Shown here piece after piece: positions 52,600 to 64,000 of a DNA stretch of 64,000 bases. Position 1 is the stretch's first letter, and every line of letters starts with the position of its first letter. A program made the translations under genes and the position numbers. Below the pieces are notes generated by a model. It did not search any database, was not told where the DNA came from, and worked only from the letters and a program-made list of their open reading frames with translations. Source of the DNA: Potamilus streckersoni (Eukaryota); the NCBI GenBank assembly GCA_016746295.1, contig JAEAOA010000822.1:822104-886103 (forward strand), given 5' to 3'.

Positions 52600-53300
52600 T
52601 TGTGTATTTTATGTTGCTTTAAAGAACATTTTTAAGACATCACTGGTTATATCAATGAGAGCTGAGTGCCTCTTTCATAGAAACACTGAGGCAGTTTGAT
52701 GCCAAGCAATGAAACATAAATGATTTTCTCAATGACACAGTTAGTCTAAAAACAGCTGGCCAGGGCAAGCACTGAACCCCACTTTGGGTCTTTAGGATGT
52801 ATGAATCCAATGCCCAGGAAATGGGAGCTAAGACAGCCAGAGCTGGCCTGGACTGGAACAGAACAAATGACCCTTGGATTTGTGAGTCTGATGCTCTACC
52901 AACATAAAAGCTTCTTCCATATAATCCTATTTCTGCAAAATTAATGACCTTCTATTTCTAAACTATTATTTTCACCAAAGCTAACATTATCAGTTGGAAA
53001 CTAGTCAATTATCAATGGTGAACTGTGTTCTCCTTATCAGAGCTAACTTTTATCATATCAATCGGCAGTCTGCCTATAAATATTCAAAAAAATAACATAT
53101 ATATTCATGGCAGCAAACTGTCAACTGTGTAGACACCAATCTTTTGTCACATAATGCATATTGTAAGAACACCAATTCTATTCATCTGAAGCTGTAAGTA
53201 GAACAAACTGCAAAGAAATCCAGAGCTAATTTATGAGATGACAGGAAATGGCACACGTTTCTCACATGCTGCAAGATTTCATTATGTCATGTAGCAGATT
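52600..53300. mobile_element. Composite repeat family F copy with a short tRNA-like module region
   Basis: ..atcaatgagagctgagtgcctctttcatagaaacactgaggcag.., ..ggatttgtgagtctgatgctctaccaacataaaagcttcttccatataatcct.., ..ccaaagctaacattatcagttgg..ctgtgttctccttatcag.. collinear with 60640-62060. Confidence 0.65.
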
Positions 53301-54254
53301 GATTGACTGATTGATTTAAGTTTAACAGCACACCAGCATTGTTAGAATATTTACTACCATAGAAAAGGTTATTCTTAGGATTATTTACAATTTATAACAC
53401 ATTTCTTATAAAAAAAAAAAATACTAAAATCCAAAAAATAAAAGCAAAACAATGAGATGGTGAGGGCAATATATAAAGCTTCCCAATCAAGGGTGAATGT
53501 AAATGTTCAATGAAGATCGAGATGAAAAGATGCTGAGTATGAATGATGGTATATACCAGTGGTTTCTAAACTTTTTCAGGCCCTCTTGATTATTATCAGT
53601 GCCTCAATACCTTACTCTGTAACAAGCATTATTCAGCATCGGTGCCCCCCTCAGCAATCCTACCACCCCCAAGGAAGCAGTACTGCCCACTTTGGGAACC
53701 ATTGATATATACATTACATAAAAATACTCAAGAAGGAAGCATAAAAGTTATATCTAAGAATAAATGTTTACTTCTTGAAGAAATTTTATAATCCGAGATG
53801 TTTGTATAATAAAGTTCTTCATATGAGAAGCATTTTAGTAATGATAACATATATAAAACCAATTTATCATAAAGTGCTTAATGGTGAATGGTTCATACAA
53901 GAAACACATTTGGGTGGGTCTTCACCTTGTAGCATGTACAAGTGGGTTATGTAAGTATGATAACTTCCAATTCTTTCAATGGCTAAATCATCTCAACAGT
54001 TGGCTGGCATAATCGTGTGAAGTTTGTTGTTTACTGCATCATTTCATGATGCCAGTTATTTCTGACATAATGACTCTTGGCTACTAGGTTTAATATCAGT
54101 GTCTGCTGTTTCAAAATTAGTTGGTTCTAGGGACAGGGATATTTTAGCATGTAATCTTGTTCATTACCTTTAATATCAAAAAGGCTTGTTAGCAACATTA
54201 TCCTATATTGCGTGAGGTTAGTAATGGGTTTTCAAATTTTCGATTGTGTAGTAA

Positions 54255-55145
54255 CTAAAGTATTAATAGTGAGTCAGAAAAAATGTAGTTAGAAAAACAT
54301 TTGCTTTTGATACATTGCCAAGCAAGGCCTAATACTCTGATTTCAGCTGAAAAAAAAAATCTATATATTTTTTGGTAAGTGAACTTTTGTTGTGTGTTTT
54401 CCACTAACGAAGGTTGCAGCAGCCTTTCCTTAATCCTTTCATCCACCAGTGTAAATTCTTGTGTAGTTTTTAAATTTATCAAGGAGTTCTTGATAAGAGT
54501 TTTTGAAGATGGCAGGGCTTGTTTCCAATTTTTTTTCCATTGTGTAGCGTAAAAAGTACTTCTGGTTGCTCATTTAGCCAGGAAAGTGTTTCAGAGATGG
54601 ACTTCATATGGATTTTAGAAATATCTATTTTTATATTGTCAAGGTTGGATGATATTCTAATGCCAAAGGAAGGGATGACATTTGGTTTTTTTTGGCACAA
54701 CATTTTGTAAAATGCTGGTTCAGGGTTTTTACATAATACTGTATGGATGCATTTCTCTATGAAGTGATAAAGGTGACTCATTTGCTTCAGCAAGAAGGCT
54801 TTCACATCAAGATGTCCTAAATGCACCCAGTGAGTCATATTCCTTGATGATAAACTGGGTCCAGCATCGTCAAGTGTGACGTTCTGGCTGAATCATAAAC
54901 AATGCAACCATAGTCCAGTTTGGAGAGAATAAAGTTCTATATGACTTTTCTATCAGCACCCAAGTCAGTGTGAGCTACTATTTAATCTTGAGCTTTCAAA
55001 CATTTAGCCTTTATCTTTATGTGTGGAATGAAGGTCAGTATTTTTGTCAAAGAAAATACTGAGATACTTTGTTTCCTCAACAACTAGTATGGGGGTTCTG
55101 TCCAGTATGAGTTTAGGTTCATCATGGTATCTTTGTAACTGATAG
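54255..55145 (-). mobile_element. Degenerate LINE (CR1/jockey-like) ORF2 C-terminal fragment
   Basis: The reverse complement of 54840-54930 encodes ..LDYGCIVYDSARTSHLTMLDPVYHQG.., matching the conserved post-RT motif of CR1/jockey-type ORF2 (recalled from memory). Adjoining minus ORFs 54479-54838 and 54255-54482 carry frameshifts and stops. Confidence 0.6.
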
Positions 55146-55984
55146 AAATGCATTCATACTCTTTTTAACTTTGAGAATTTGAAACTGCTGGCATAGGACC
55201 AATTTTGAATCTTGTTTATATTTTGTTGTACTTGTCTTTCAATTGTATGAATGTGCTTTGATCGATAAAAGTCTCAGTTTCATATTGTCTCATCATAAGA
55301 AAGAACAATTCCTTCAAGAGGTTCAAGAAATAGAAGCAAATGAAAAAATCTAAACCAAAAACACAACTCTAAATTTTGTACTGACCTTGATTCTAGGGTT
55401 AAAAAATCTAGCATTTGACTTAACCTCAAGGTCAAAAGGGTGAGTAAGCATGAACTGTATCATGTAAGGTATCATGACAATCTATCAAGATGTCTCGGAG
55501 ATGGCTGCTTAAGATCTAGAATATAAACCTTAAACAACTTTTGATCAGGCTGCTGTTGCTGCAACTGGGATGAAGCCAGTTTTTTCCCAGCAAAATATAT
55601 TTCTTAAATAGTATATGCCCAACAATAATACATATAGAGAACTACAACTACCTAGCAAAACCAGCCCACCCATGCTAAAACTTTTAGCTAACTTCTGAAA
55701 GCTAATTGCCCACCTAATAGGCATTCAGAGTAATCTCCCATTGATAGTGGGATTGATGCTATATCCCATGAAATCATCAGTTAATACTGGAGTGAATTGC
55801 ATGCTCTCTAAATTGATGTGACTGTGTGGAGGCTGGGAAGGTAAATGTGTATTGTGGTTGGTTCAATATTTCCAATTTGAGTGGAGTTATCATGAAACCT
55901 TCACAATTCTGAGATGTATACTTTCAGCCGTTCCTATCAAGAGAAAGTAAAGCTGTCAGAATTTTAGGAAATATCTACCAGATA

Positions 55985-56140
55985 CATGTCGATCCTAACA
56001 ACCGGTTACCAAGCTACCTGATACCTGTTGATCCTAACGATTGGTTACCTGGGTAGCTAATACCTGTCGATTCCAGCGATTGGTTACTGAGGTACCTAAT
56101 ACCTGTTGATTCTAGTGATTGGTTACCAAGGTACCTAATC
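55985..56140. repeat. ~38-40-bp tandem repeat x4 (acctgatacctgttgatcctaacgattggttacc(t/a)gggtagcta)
   Basis: Read directly. Confidence 0.8.
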
Positions 56141-56859
56141 AAAGGAAACTGTATTAAATGAGAACTGCTTTATTGTAAGTTGTACATGCCATACCCAAGA
56201 GAGTTATAAACATAATTATTACTAATATAAGTGGCACAAAAGTGTAATCTGTGCATAAAAAAAGCAATCTACATATACATGCCATGATTACAAAAATAAT
56301 GTATGAAAAAGGTATATTTATTTTTGCATTTTACCTTTATCAGCAGTTAAAATTCTTGACACAAATCCATTTGGTTTAGGAGTTAGTCCAAGAGTACAGC
56401 CACAAAACATATCTATCACTGAATGGTCCACAAATGTTGAATGTTTTATTGCATCACTGTTGAATATTTGTTTCAAAATTATTTAAGTGCTATTAATTTG
56501 TCCTCTTCCTCATGCAACATATTTTTAAGTTTAATAAAAAAAAACATCCATGAGTCACATCGGTAAAGACAATTTCTCTTAATATCTGGCACCATTTATT
56601 TAAATTTATACTGGCTTGCCATGTATCAAAATATAATGAATCTGTGACAGGTGGTTTCACATTCAATAAACCTGTCTGTTTTCTTGGAACTGTTTGAAAT
56701 AAAGTTATAAATAGAAATAAGGAAACATGGGGCTGAAGGGGGGTAATTTGAATATTTAAATTATTTCACAATTTTATTTAAATCTAATTTAAACTGAGTA
56801 AGCTATTATGGAATATATCACAAACTAATAATTTTTTAAAATACAAAATTCTATAATAA

Positions 56860-57705
56860 TACAACAGATTCACAAAACAGCATTTTTAACACATCATTCA
56901 CTATATCATGCCCAGGAAATAGTAGCTGAATGCATTTCCCAAGAAAACAGAGGCAATCAAACCTGAATGCCTTGGACAACCTTTGACAGGCAAAGAACCC
57001 ACATCAGGGTCACCGAAATTTATAAGGGTGATGACCAGGAAATAGGAGCCAATGATCTGATCTGGGCAGGAACTGCACCTATGACCTTTGGATTTATGAG
57101 TCTGATGTCCACGAAATCTATGCCAGGTTAGCCAGAACAGGCCTGGACAGGCATTGAACCCAAGACCTATTTCCACATGAATGTAAGAACTGCACATACC
57201 TAAATCAACAAAACAGACTTTTTTGCATGACCGTTGACCTCACCATCATTTTGTTTTAAATTCATTCATATTATATATACGTACAGGAGGTGGTGGTCCT
57301 GCTACTTCTATGGTCTCATCAGCTGATCTTGAGAAGCTCTTGATATCTAGCTATAAAAGGAGAAAGTAAAAATTTTAAATGCATGTACTGTATCATCCAC
57401 TTACCACAGATTGTGTCTAAAATTTTGAATGTGATACTTTTGATAAGACCATGCTATTTGCATGTGTTAGCTTGATCAAATAAGGACAAAGACATTACAT
57501 TTTTCAAGTACTATCACCTGTATTCTGAAATCAAGTCCTACCAAAGTTAAAGAAAATGAACAAATTAAGTTATAAAAAGTTCATAGTTAGCTGTTATGGT
57601 ATTTGATAATGGCAGGAAGCATAGTCATGGATGCAAAGATTTAGAGATCAAACAGACTATGGAAATGTGAGTCCTAACTTCATCACAATTAAACATTTGT
57701 TGATT
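56860..57705 (+). repeat. Partial third copy of the module block: F-head fragment (56860-57190) + E (57190-57290) + G (57290-57705)
   Basis: ..atcatgcccaggaaatagtagctgaatgcatttcccaag.. resembles F array units. The E+G part is collinear with 50640-51175. ORF 56901-57197 is an artefact. Confidence 0.6.
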
Positions 57706-57956
57706 AATTCAATCAAATTACACTACTGTATTTAATGGGGTTTTTTTGTACACAAAATAATTATTAATTTTGATGTACGAAAAATTATATGCAAAATAAA
57801 CAATTATCATTTTGTGGTAATGACTGTGTACAAAAAATAAAGGGATCATACCCAAACAAGGTCGACGAAATACACAACACTCAACAACCTAACATACAAA
57901 ATAAATGTACAAATTCTGTCTCATTCTGCTCTCAACTCAAGAATCAGACTGTTGTT

Positions 57957-57975
57957 ATATGTGTGTGTGTCTGTT

Positions 57976-58025
<50 letters not shown>
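57957..58025. repeat. Compound microsatellite (GT)n(GA)n
   Basis: tgtgtgtgtgtctgtttgtgtgtgtgtgtgtgagagagagagagagaaagagagagagagaga. A second (GA)n lies at 58423-58444. Confidence 0.95.
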
Positions 58026-58026
<1 letters not shown>

Positions 58027-60129
58027 TCTGAATTGTTCAGGAATCAGTTACCTGTCATTTGTGTTATTCCTTATGTAAACACTACAAGGGCACTATTATA
58101 TACAATTGGAAATTAAAACCTGAATAAATAAATCATTTTTGTTGTACTGGTAATTATGGGGTCCATTGTCAGGGAACCACATGGCTATGCAAACATAATA
58201 TACATGCTTTTTAAATACTCTTGACCTTTAGCTTGGTCATTTCCAGTAAATATTGGATTGAAGACCAGATTCACTTCAACAGATCAAATTAAGGAGGCTC
58301 TGTGTAGGGAAATGAGGCTACCCATGGGATGTTGAGAATGTGAAAGACAAGACCATTAGCTCAAGAACAATAATTATCTACTGCTATATGTGCTGAAGCC
58401 ATTATAAAAATGGCAAATGAATTTAAGAGAGAGAGAGAGAGAGGGAAAAGGAGAAAGGGAACAACAATGCAACGTGTATCAAAAAATATTTTTATATAAT
58501 CATATATTTACATAAGCATATTATTTTTAGTATACAATTTCTGATCCAATGCTGAACAAATGCACAAAACAAATGCAAAAACATTATGGCATTATCTGCT
58601 GCATCAATATTTGATTTGTGCAGTTAAGTAAGATCTTTTTTATTGGTGATCTTAGCAACTACAGCAACATTCTCTTTTTGGGGCAATTTTTCTGCTTTTT
58701 GTTTGGTGGTTCATTGCATTAAGGTGGTAATGGCAGGATAAAAGTTTCTCCCTTTAGCAACGGTTTGAAGAAACTTAATAATAAAGACATGTCCAAGCAT
58801 GAACAGTCAAAGATCATTGAATATATTACCTATATATAAATCAAACTTACGGAGTGAATGACTTTTGCATTTATGATTAAAACTAACTGTGCTTTTTATA
58901 GTTTTTATTGCATTACCGTATCAAAACAACCAGATTAAATGCCCAATGGTCTGTGGTCTTCACTTCATCCTCTACGGAGATGTTATTTTGATAGATTAAT
59001 AATCTCAAATGGCTTTAGAAATCATTTTCAAATGCACTCGTTTCTTGGTTACAGACTGACATAATAAAGAGCTCTCATTAACAATGTCCAGCTGTTAATG
59101 AACAGATGTATATATTGTAATGGCAACAAAACAAAAACATCAACTATTATATTTTTTCACTAATACAAAAGACAAAGAAGGGCATTAGGATTAATGAGAA
59201 TAGATTCTCAGTTAACACAACAGTTGCTGATCAACGGGCTTTCTACACACTTATAATTAGTAGTTATTACTACTGACAATAATTATTAAGATTACAAATC
59301 CTAACGGCCACGAAGTGTTACTCTTCAAGTTATTTTGGCTTCTCTCACTCAGTGTAAAGAAATATTAACATGTCATCACATAAACAGAAACAATCATTTT
59401 TTTAAAAAAGTGGGTTATTCTACATGACAACATCAAGAGAGGTGGGGAGGGAGAATTGCTGAACAATTTTATTTTAGAAAAGACTCAAATAATACAATTT
59501 TATCTTGAAATAAACAACATCATAACTAATCAGGAAGACATTCAGCAGCAGTGGGAAAATGGAGCAAATGGAGAGAGAATATACAAAGATTTAAATGACA
59601 TATTTGAATGGTTTTGCAATGTGCAGGACAACAACACCCATTCGCATATCACGTTTATGCCAATAATAAGAACTATTAATGCATATTCAGTTGAAATAAC
59701 GCTATTATTATAACAAGCAGAACCTTTTAAAAATTAATGTTACTTATACATGAAGATATTAAATAAAGATATTAAATGCTTTGAAGAATGTATGTTTCTT
59801 ACTACTTACATTACATACACTTCTCAAGAAAAATTTAGAACCTCTCTAAAAAGGCCACCCATATACCAAATATACTCGGCAAAGAATAAATTGGTTGTTT
59901 TGTGGATCTAAGTGATACATTGTTTAATGTATGAAAAATATTAGGTTGACCAAAAAAATGTGAAGTTTTGTGTACAAAATAATATGATAGTTTAAATTAA
60001 TTATTATATTTATGGCTTGATGGTGTACGAAAAAGAAAAGGGTACAAAAAATAACATTAAATACGGTACCTGATTTTATTGAGCACATAATTAATTTTTT
60101 TTAAAAAGAAGATGTCCCTGGTGCTTTCT

Positions 60130-60350
60130 ATGCAGAAAGAATTTACAAGATTTGCCATTCTGGATACCAGTCTAGATACAAGACTAGACACCATTCTGGA
60201 TACCAGTCTAGATACATGACTAGACACCATTCTGGATACCAGTCTAGATACAAGACTAGACACCATTCTGGATACCAATTTAGATACAAGACTAGACAAC
60301 ATTCTGGATACCAGTCTAGATACAAGTCTAGATACCATTTTGGATACCAG
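60130..60350. repeat. 36-bp tandem repeat x6 (ccattctggataccagtctagatacaagactagaca)
   Basis: Read directly. ORFs 60057-60338 and 60143-60325 are artefacts. Confidence 0.9.
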
Positions 60351-60639
60351 TCTAACTGACCTATTTTTTACAGTAACTCATTCAATATGTCCCTGTTTTC
60401 GATTTGTATAACATAACTACACTGTGCTATGTAAGTAGATAAATAAAATCATATAGTCTATACTTAATCACATTGTGACATCTTATCCAAGATACTCAAT
60501 TTTCTTGGCAAGTGAAATAGTTAAGTTATTAATAAAAGTTTGCAAACTGAATTTAAACTGCATAAAAACACTATGTATTACATGAAAAACGATTTTTTTT
60601 CATGTAAGATTCTATATAAGTACAACACATTCACAAAGC

Positions 60640-62060
60640 AAAATGCATGCTTTTATTATTGCCTTTATCTGCATTTGTAAGACATCATTGCTTATATCAA
60701 TGAGAGCTGAGAGCCTTTATGTGGAAACAATGAGGCCGTCAAACCTGGCTGCTCAAGGTAGGCACTGAGAACCCCATACCTCTGGATTTATGAGTCTGAT
60801 GCCCAGGAAATGTGAGCTCAATGAGCTGGCCTAGGCAAGCAATGAATCCTTGATCCTTGGATTTATGAGTCTGATGCCCAGGAAATTGGAGCTAAATGAG
60901 CTGGCCTAGGCAAGCAATGAATCCTTGATACTTGGATTTATGAGTCTGATGCTCAGGAAATCGGAGCTAAATGAGCTGGCCTAGGCAAGCAATGAATCCT
61001 TGATCCTTGGATTTATGAGTCTGATGCTCAGGAAATCGGAGCTAAATGAGCTGGCCTAGGCGAGCAATGAATCCTTGATCCTTGGATTTATGAGTCTGAT
61101 GCCCAGAAAATCGGAGCTAAATGAGCTGGCCTAGGCAAGCAATGAATCCTTGATCCTTAGATTTATGAGTCTGATGCTCAGGAAATCGGAGCTAAATGAG
61201 CTGGCCTAGGCGAGCAATGAATCTTTGATCCTTGGATTTATGAGTCTGATGCCCAGAAAATCGGAGCTAAATGAGCTGGCCTAGGCAAGCAATGAATCCT
61301 TGATCCTTGGATTTATGAGTCTGATGCTCAGGAAATCGGAGCTAAATGAGCTGGCTTAGGCAAGCAATGAATCCTTGATCCTTGGATTTATGAGTCTGAT
61401 GCCCAGGACACTGGAGCTAAATGAGCTGGCTAGGCAAGCAATGAATCCTTGATCCTTGGATTTAAGAGTCTGATGCCCAAGAAATTGGATTTAAATGCCT
61501 TTTCCAATGACACACTGAGGTAGCCAACAACAGCTGACCTACGCAGGCACTGAACACCAGTCAGGGTCACTTGGATTTACGAATCCAATGCCAATGGGGG
61601 GTAAGTCAGCCAGAGTTGGACTGGACAGGCAATTGAACCCCTGACCCTTGGATTTACAAGACTGATGTTCTAACAACTGGGCAAGTACAGCTTCCTCCAT
61701 ATAATCCTAATTCTGCAAAAGGCCTTCTATGTCTGAACCATTACCTAAACCAAAGCTAATAACACCAGTTTGAAACTTGCCAATTATCAATTGGGAACAC
61801 TGTGTTCTCCTTATCAGTTATGAAGAGTCAACTTTTACTGTCAAAATTGGTAGTCCATCAACAAATATTCAAGGCATACCATATATATGATAGCATGCAA
61901 CTGTGAAATGTACAGATTGCATAGACCTCATTATCACATAATGCACCAAATGATCAGGGTCTATGATGCTCATTTGAAGCTGTTAAGTAGAACAAACTGC
62001 ATAGAATCCATGAACCAATTATCTATGAGATGGCAGGTAAGGGTATGTTGTTCACCAGAT
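60640..62060. mobile_element. Composite repeat family F copy with ~75-bp tandem array (60790-61460, ~9 units) and a tRNA-like module at 61590-61700
   Basis: Unit ctggcctaggcaagcaatgaatccttgatccttggatttatgagtctgatgctcaggaaatcggagctaaatgag. The reverse complement of 61620-61695 reads ggaagctgtacttgcccagttgttagaacatcagtcttgtaaatccaagggtcaGGGGTTCAATTGCCtgtccag (tRNA-like D-arm and T-arm motifs). Each array unit repeats part of this module (ccttggatttatgagtctgatgc). Confidence 0.7.
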
Positions 62061-62804
62061 GTCTTTCAATAGGTCATGTACCAGTAGGGTTTTTCATGTT
62101 ATCTATGCTTTACAAGCATTATATTCCTATTTTTTATATTTGAGGCTTCGTTTTGTTACCTGGCAGGAAAAAGCAGGTTTTCTGTTTTACATCTGTGATT
62201 TTTTTTTGAAAATGATGGTTTCATGATACAAAAATTAATTTGTGACCAAAATATAATGACATGATTAAGGTTTAAGCGGACAGGTTGAAAAGTATATTCA
62301 GGTTTTGTAAAAAGTTTGTTCACAATGATAACATTATGGATGTAATGCATGATCATGTATGTGACTTTTAAATAGTTTGCTAATTTCTCCATGTTGCATT
62401 GTGTGGATATGCAAGTTGGTAAATTCTGCTTATGATGCTATATGATGATTTGTTATAACACAATACAGACCTAGATATGCAGAATATACTCATTTGTAAG
62501 AATTTGTTCGTTTCCATCATTTTGTTATACAATATTGTTGATGGTAACAGGCAGAGACACATATTAATAATCCATATATAAACTTTACAATAATAAAAAA
62601 GCAATATTCCTAAAATAGAGGGCAATTTATAGTACCTTTATCATCCAATTTCACAAATATAAATCTCTTAAATAAATTTCCTAACAAAGTTATATACTAT
62701 AATAGTAAAAATTGAGTTTACAACAGACATTAACATACATTGTGAAATGTTGATAATGTCAAAAATAATCTGCAACATCAAACACAGAAACATCCATTAC
62801 TTAC

Positions 62805-62900
62805 AGTTGGAGATAGCCCATGTCGTTGAATAGTGTGTAATACAGGCTGGACTGGTGAAGGTGCTTTTCTTTCTTCCTGTACTTGTTCTTGCACTAATTC
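62805..62900 (-). CDS. Candidate exon (96 nt, phase 0/0): ELVQEQVQEERKAPSPVQPVLHTIQRHGLSPT
   Basis: Consensus donor CTCCAACT|gtaagtaatgg (gt at plus 62803-62804). Moderate acceptor tattattttgtatccatgattag|GAATTAGTG (AG at plus 62901-62902; alternative AG at 62894-62895). Open frame, no homology recognised. Confidence 0.35.
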
Positions 62901-63189
62901 CTAATCATGGATACAAAATAATATAATTTTAACAAACAAGAATACAATGAATGAGCATATAGTAACAAATGTATTCAATTAAAGTCAAGTTGAACGACAA
63001 AGATCCAAATCTGCCACAGCATAATGCATCTGCAGGGTCTACATTGTTTATTCTACTGATTACTCCTATATAAAAAAGGCACAGAAACATATCTGCTGGA
63101 ATATTATGTGACAGCAGATCAAGATCTGTGCAGTTCATCATGACAGATGAAAGAAAGAGATTGCATGAGTAATGAAAGGAAGGAAAGAG

Positions 63190-64000
63190 AATGTGCAGTG
63201 ATAAAGTAGACAAATCCCAGTATGTATAACTGTGAATGTGCAGTGATAAAGTAGACAAATCCCAGTATGTATAACTGTGAATGTGCAGTGATAAAGTAGA
63301 CCTATCCCAGTATGTATAACTGTGAATGCACAGTAACAAGGGAGACAGATCCCAGTATGTATGACTGTGAATGCACAGTAATAAAGTAGACTGATCCCAG
63401 TATGTATGACTGTGAATGCGCAGTAATAAAGTAGACCAATCCCAGTATGTATAACTGTGAATGCACAATAATAAAGTAGACTGATCCCAGTATGTATGAC
63501 TGTGAATGCAAAGCAATAAAGTAGGCTGATCCCAGTATGCATGACTGTGAATGCACAGCAATAAAGTAGACTGATCCCAGTATGTATTACTGTGAATGCA
63601 CAGTAATAAAGTAGACCAATCCCAGTATGTATGACTGTGAATGTGATTTAATAAAGTAGACTGATCCCAGTATGTATGACTGTGAATGTGCAGTAATAAA
63701 GTAGACTGATCCCAGTATGTATGACTGTGAATGCACAGTAATAAAGTAGACTGATTCCATTATGTATGACTGTGAATGTGAGTTAATAAAGTAGACTTAT
63801 TCCAGTATGTATGACTGTGAATGCACAGCAATAAAGTAGACTGATCCCAGTATGTATGACTGTGAATGCACAGTAATAAAGTAGACTGATCCCAGTATGT
63901 ATGACTGTGAATGCACATTAATAAAGTAGACTGATCCCAGTATGTATGACTGTGAATGCAAAGCAATAAAGTAGACTGATCCCAGTAGGTATGACTGTGA
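63190..64000. repeat. 45-bp minisatellite (ctgtgaatgcacagtaataaagtagactgatcccagtatgtatga), >=18 units, runs off the window end
   Basis: Unit counted as 45 bp. Minus ORFs 62929-63561, 63138-63542, 63302-63556 and 63760-63966 are artefacts. Confidence 0.9.

Noticed and set aside
54479-54838. 119-aa minus ORF as a host gene
   Set aside because: It is contiguous, after a frameshift, with the LDYGCIVYDSARTSHLTMLDP motif of a CR1/jockey-type LINE ORF2 tail. It is a degenerate retrotransposon remnant.
17880-61700. tRNA genes (GGTTCGAGTC, GGTTCAAAACC and GGGGTTCAATTGCC-type T-arm motifs at 17.9k, 23.55k, 25.6k, 37.65k, 48.78k, 51.9k and 61.65k)
   Set aside because: Each is the tRNA-derived head of a SINE or composite repeat. 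They are continuous with a non-tRNA body and tail, present in multiple diverged copies, and anticodon arms are not foldable by eye.
62929-63966. ORFs of 210, 134, 84 and 68 aa (HSHTYWDQSTLLLCI repeats)
   Set aside because: 45-bp minisatellite, same reasoning as above.
2440-64000. CRISPR arrays
   Set aside because: All periodic arrays are head-to-tail tandem repeats without unique spacers. Unit lengths and spacing do not fit repeat-spacer architecture, and the sequence context is eukaryotic.

Overview
This window is not prokaryotic: it is AT-rich metazoan DNA, probably invertebrate (taxon not determinable from sequence alone). It is dominated by tandem repeats, tRNA-derived SINEs, truncated LINE tails and nested or duplicated repeat blocks. 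There are no operons, CRISPR arrays, rRNA genes or bona fide tRNA genes. Many long ORFs in the supplied six-frame track lie inside mini/microsatellites and are artefacts; several have period lengths divisible by 3 (24, 36, 45, 60, 75 bp).

The real coding signal is sparse. Five minus-strand candidate exons at about 62.85k, 44.08k, 39.26k, 30.0k and 19.0k each have canonical AG/GT(AAGT) splice signals and open frames. Their intron phases chain together (0-0, 0-0, 0-1, 1-1 or stop, 1-1). This suggests one large gene, transcribed right to left, with 10-20 kb repeat-filled introns. It would encode a low-complexity Pro/Ser-rich protein with a phenylalanine/FG-rich, nucleoporin-like or endocytic-adaptor-like C-terminal exon. 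Its identity is unresolved.

The most interesting structures are (i) a composite repeat family whose tRNA-like module has been multimerised into 72-75 bp satellite arrays in three copies, (ii) a roughly 2.5 kb tandem segmental duplication of a four-module repeat block, (iii) SINE insertions with perfect 11-13 bp target-site duplications, and (iv) a 19-bp satellite with an inverted partner array. All coordinates are from hand inspection and approximate to a few bp for repeats.
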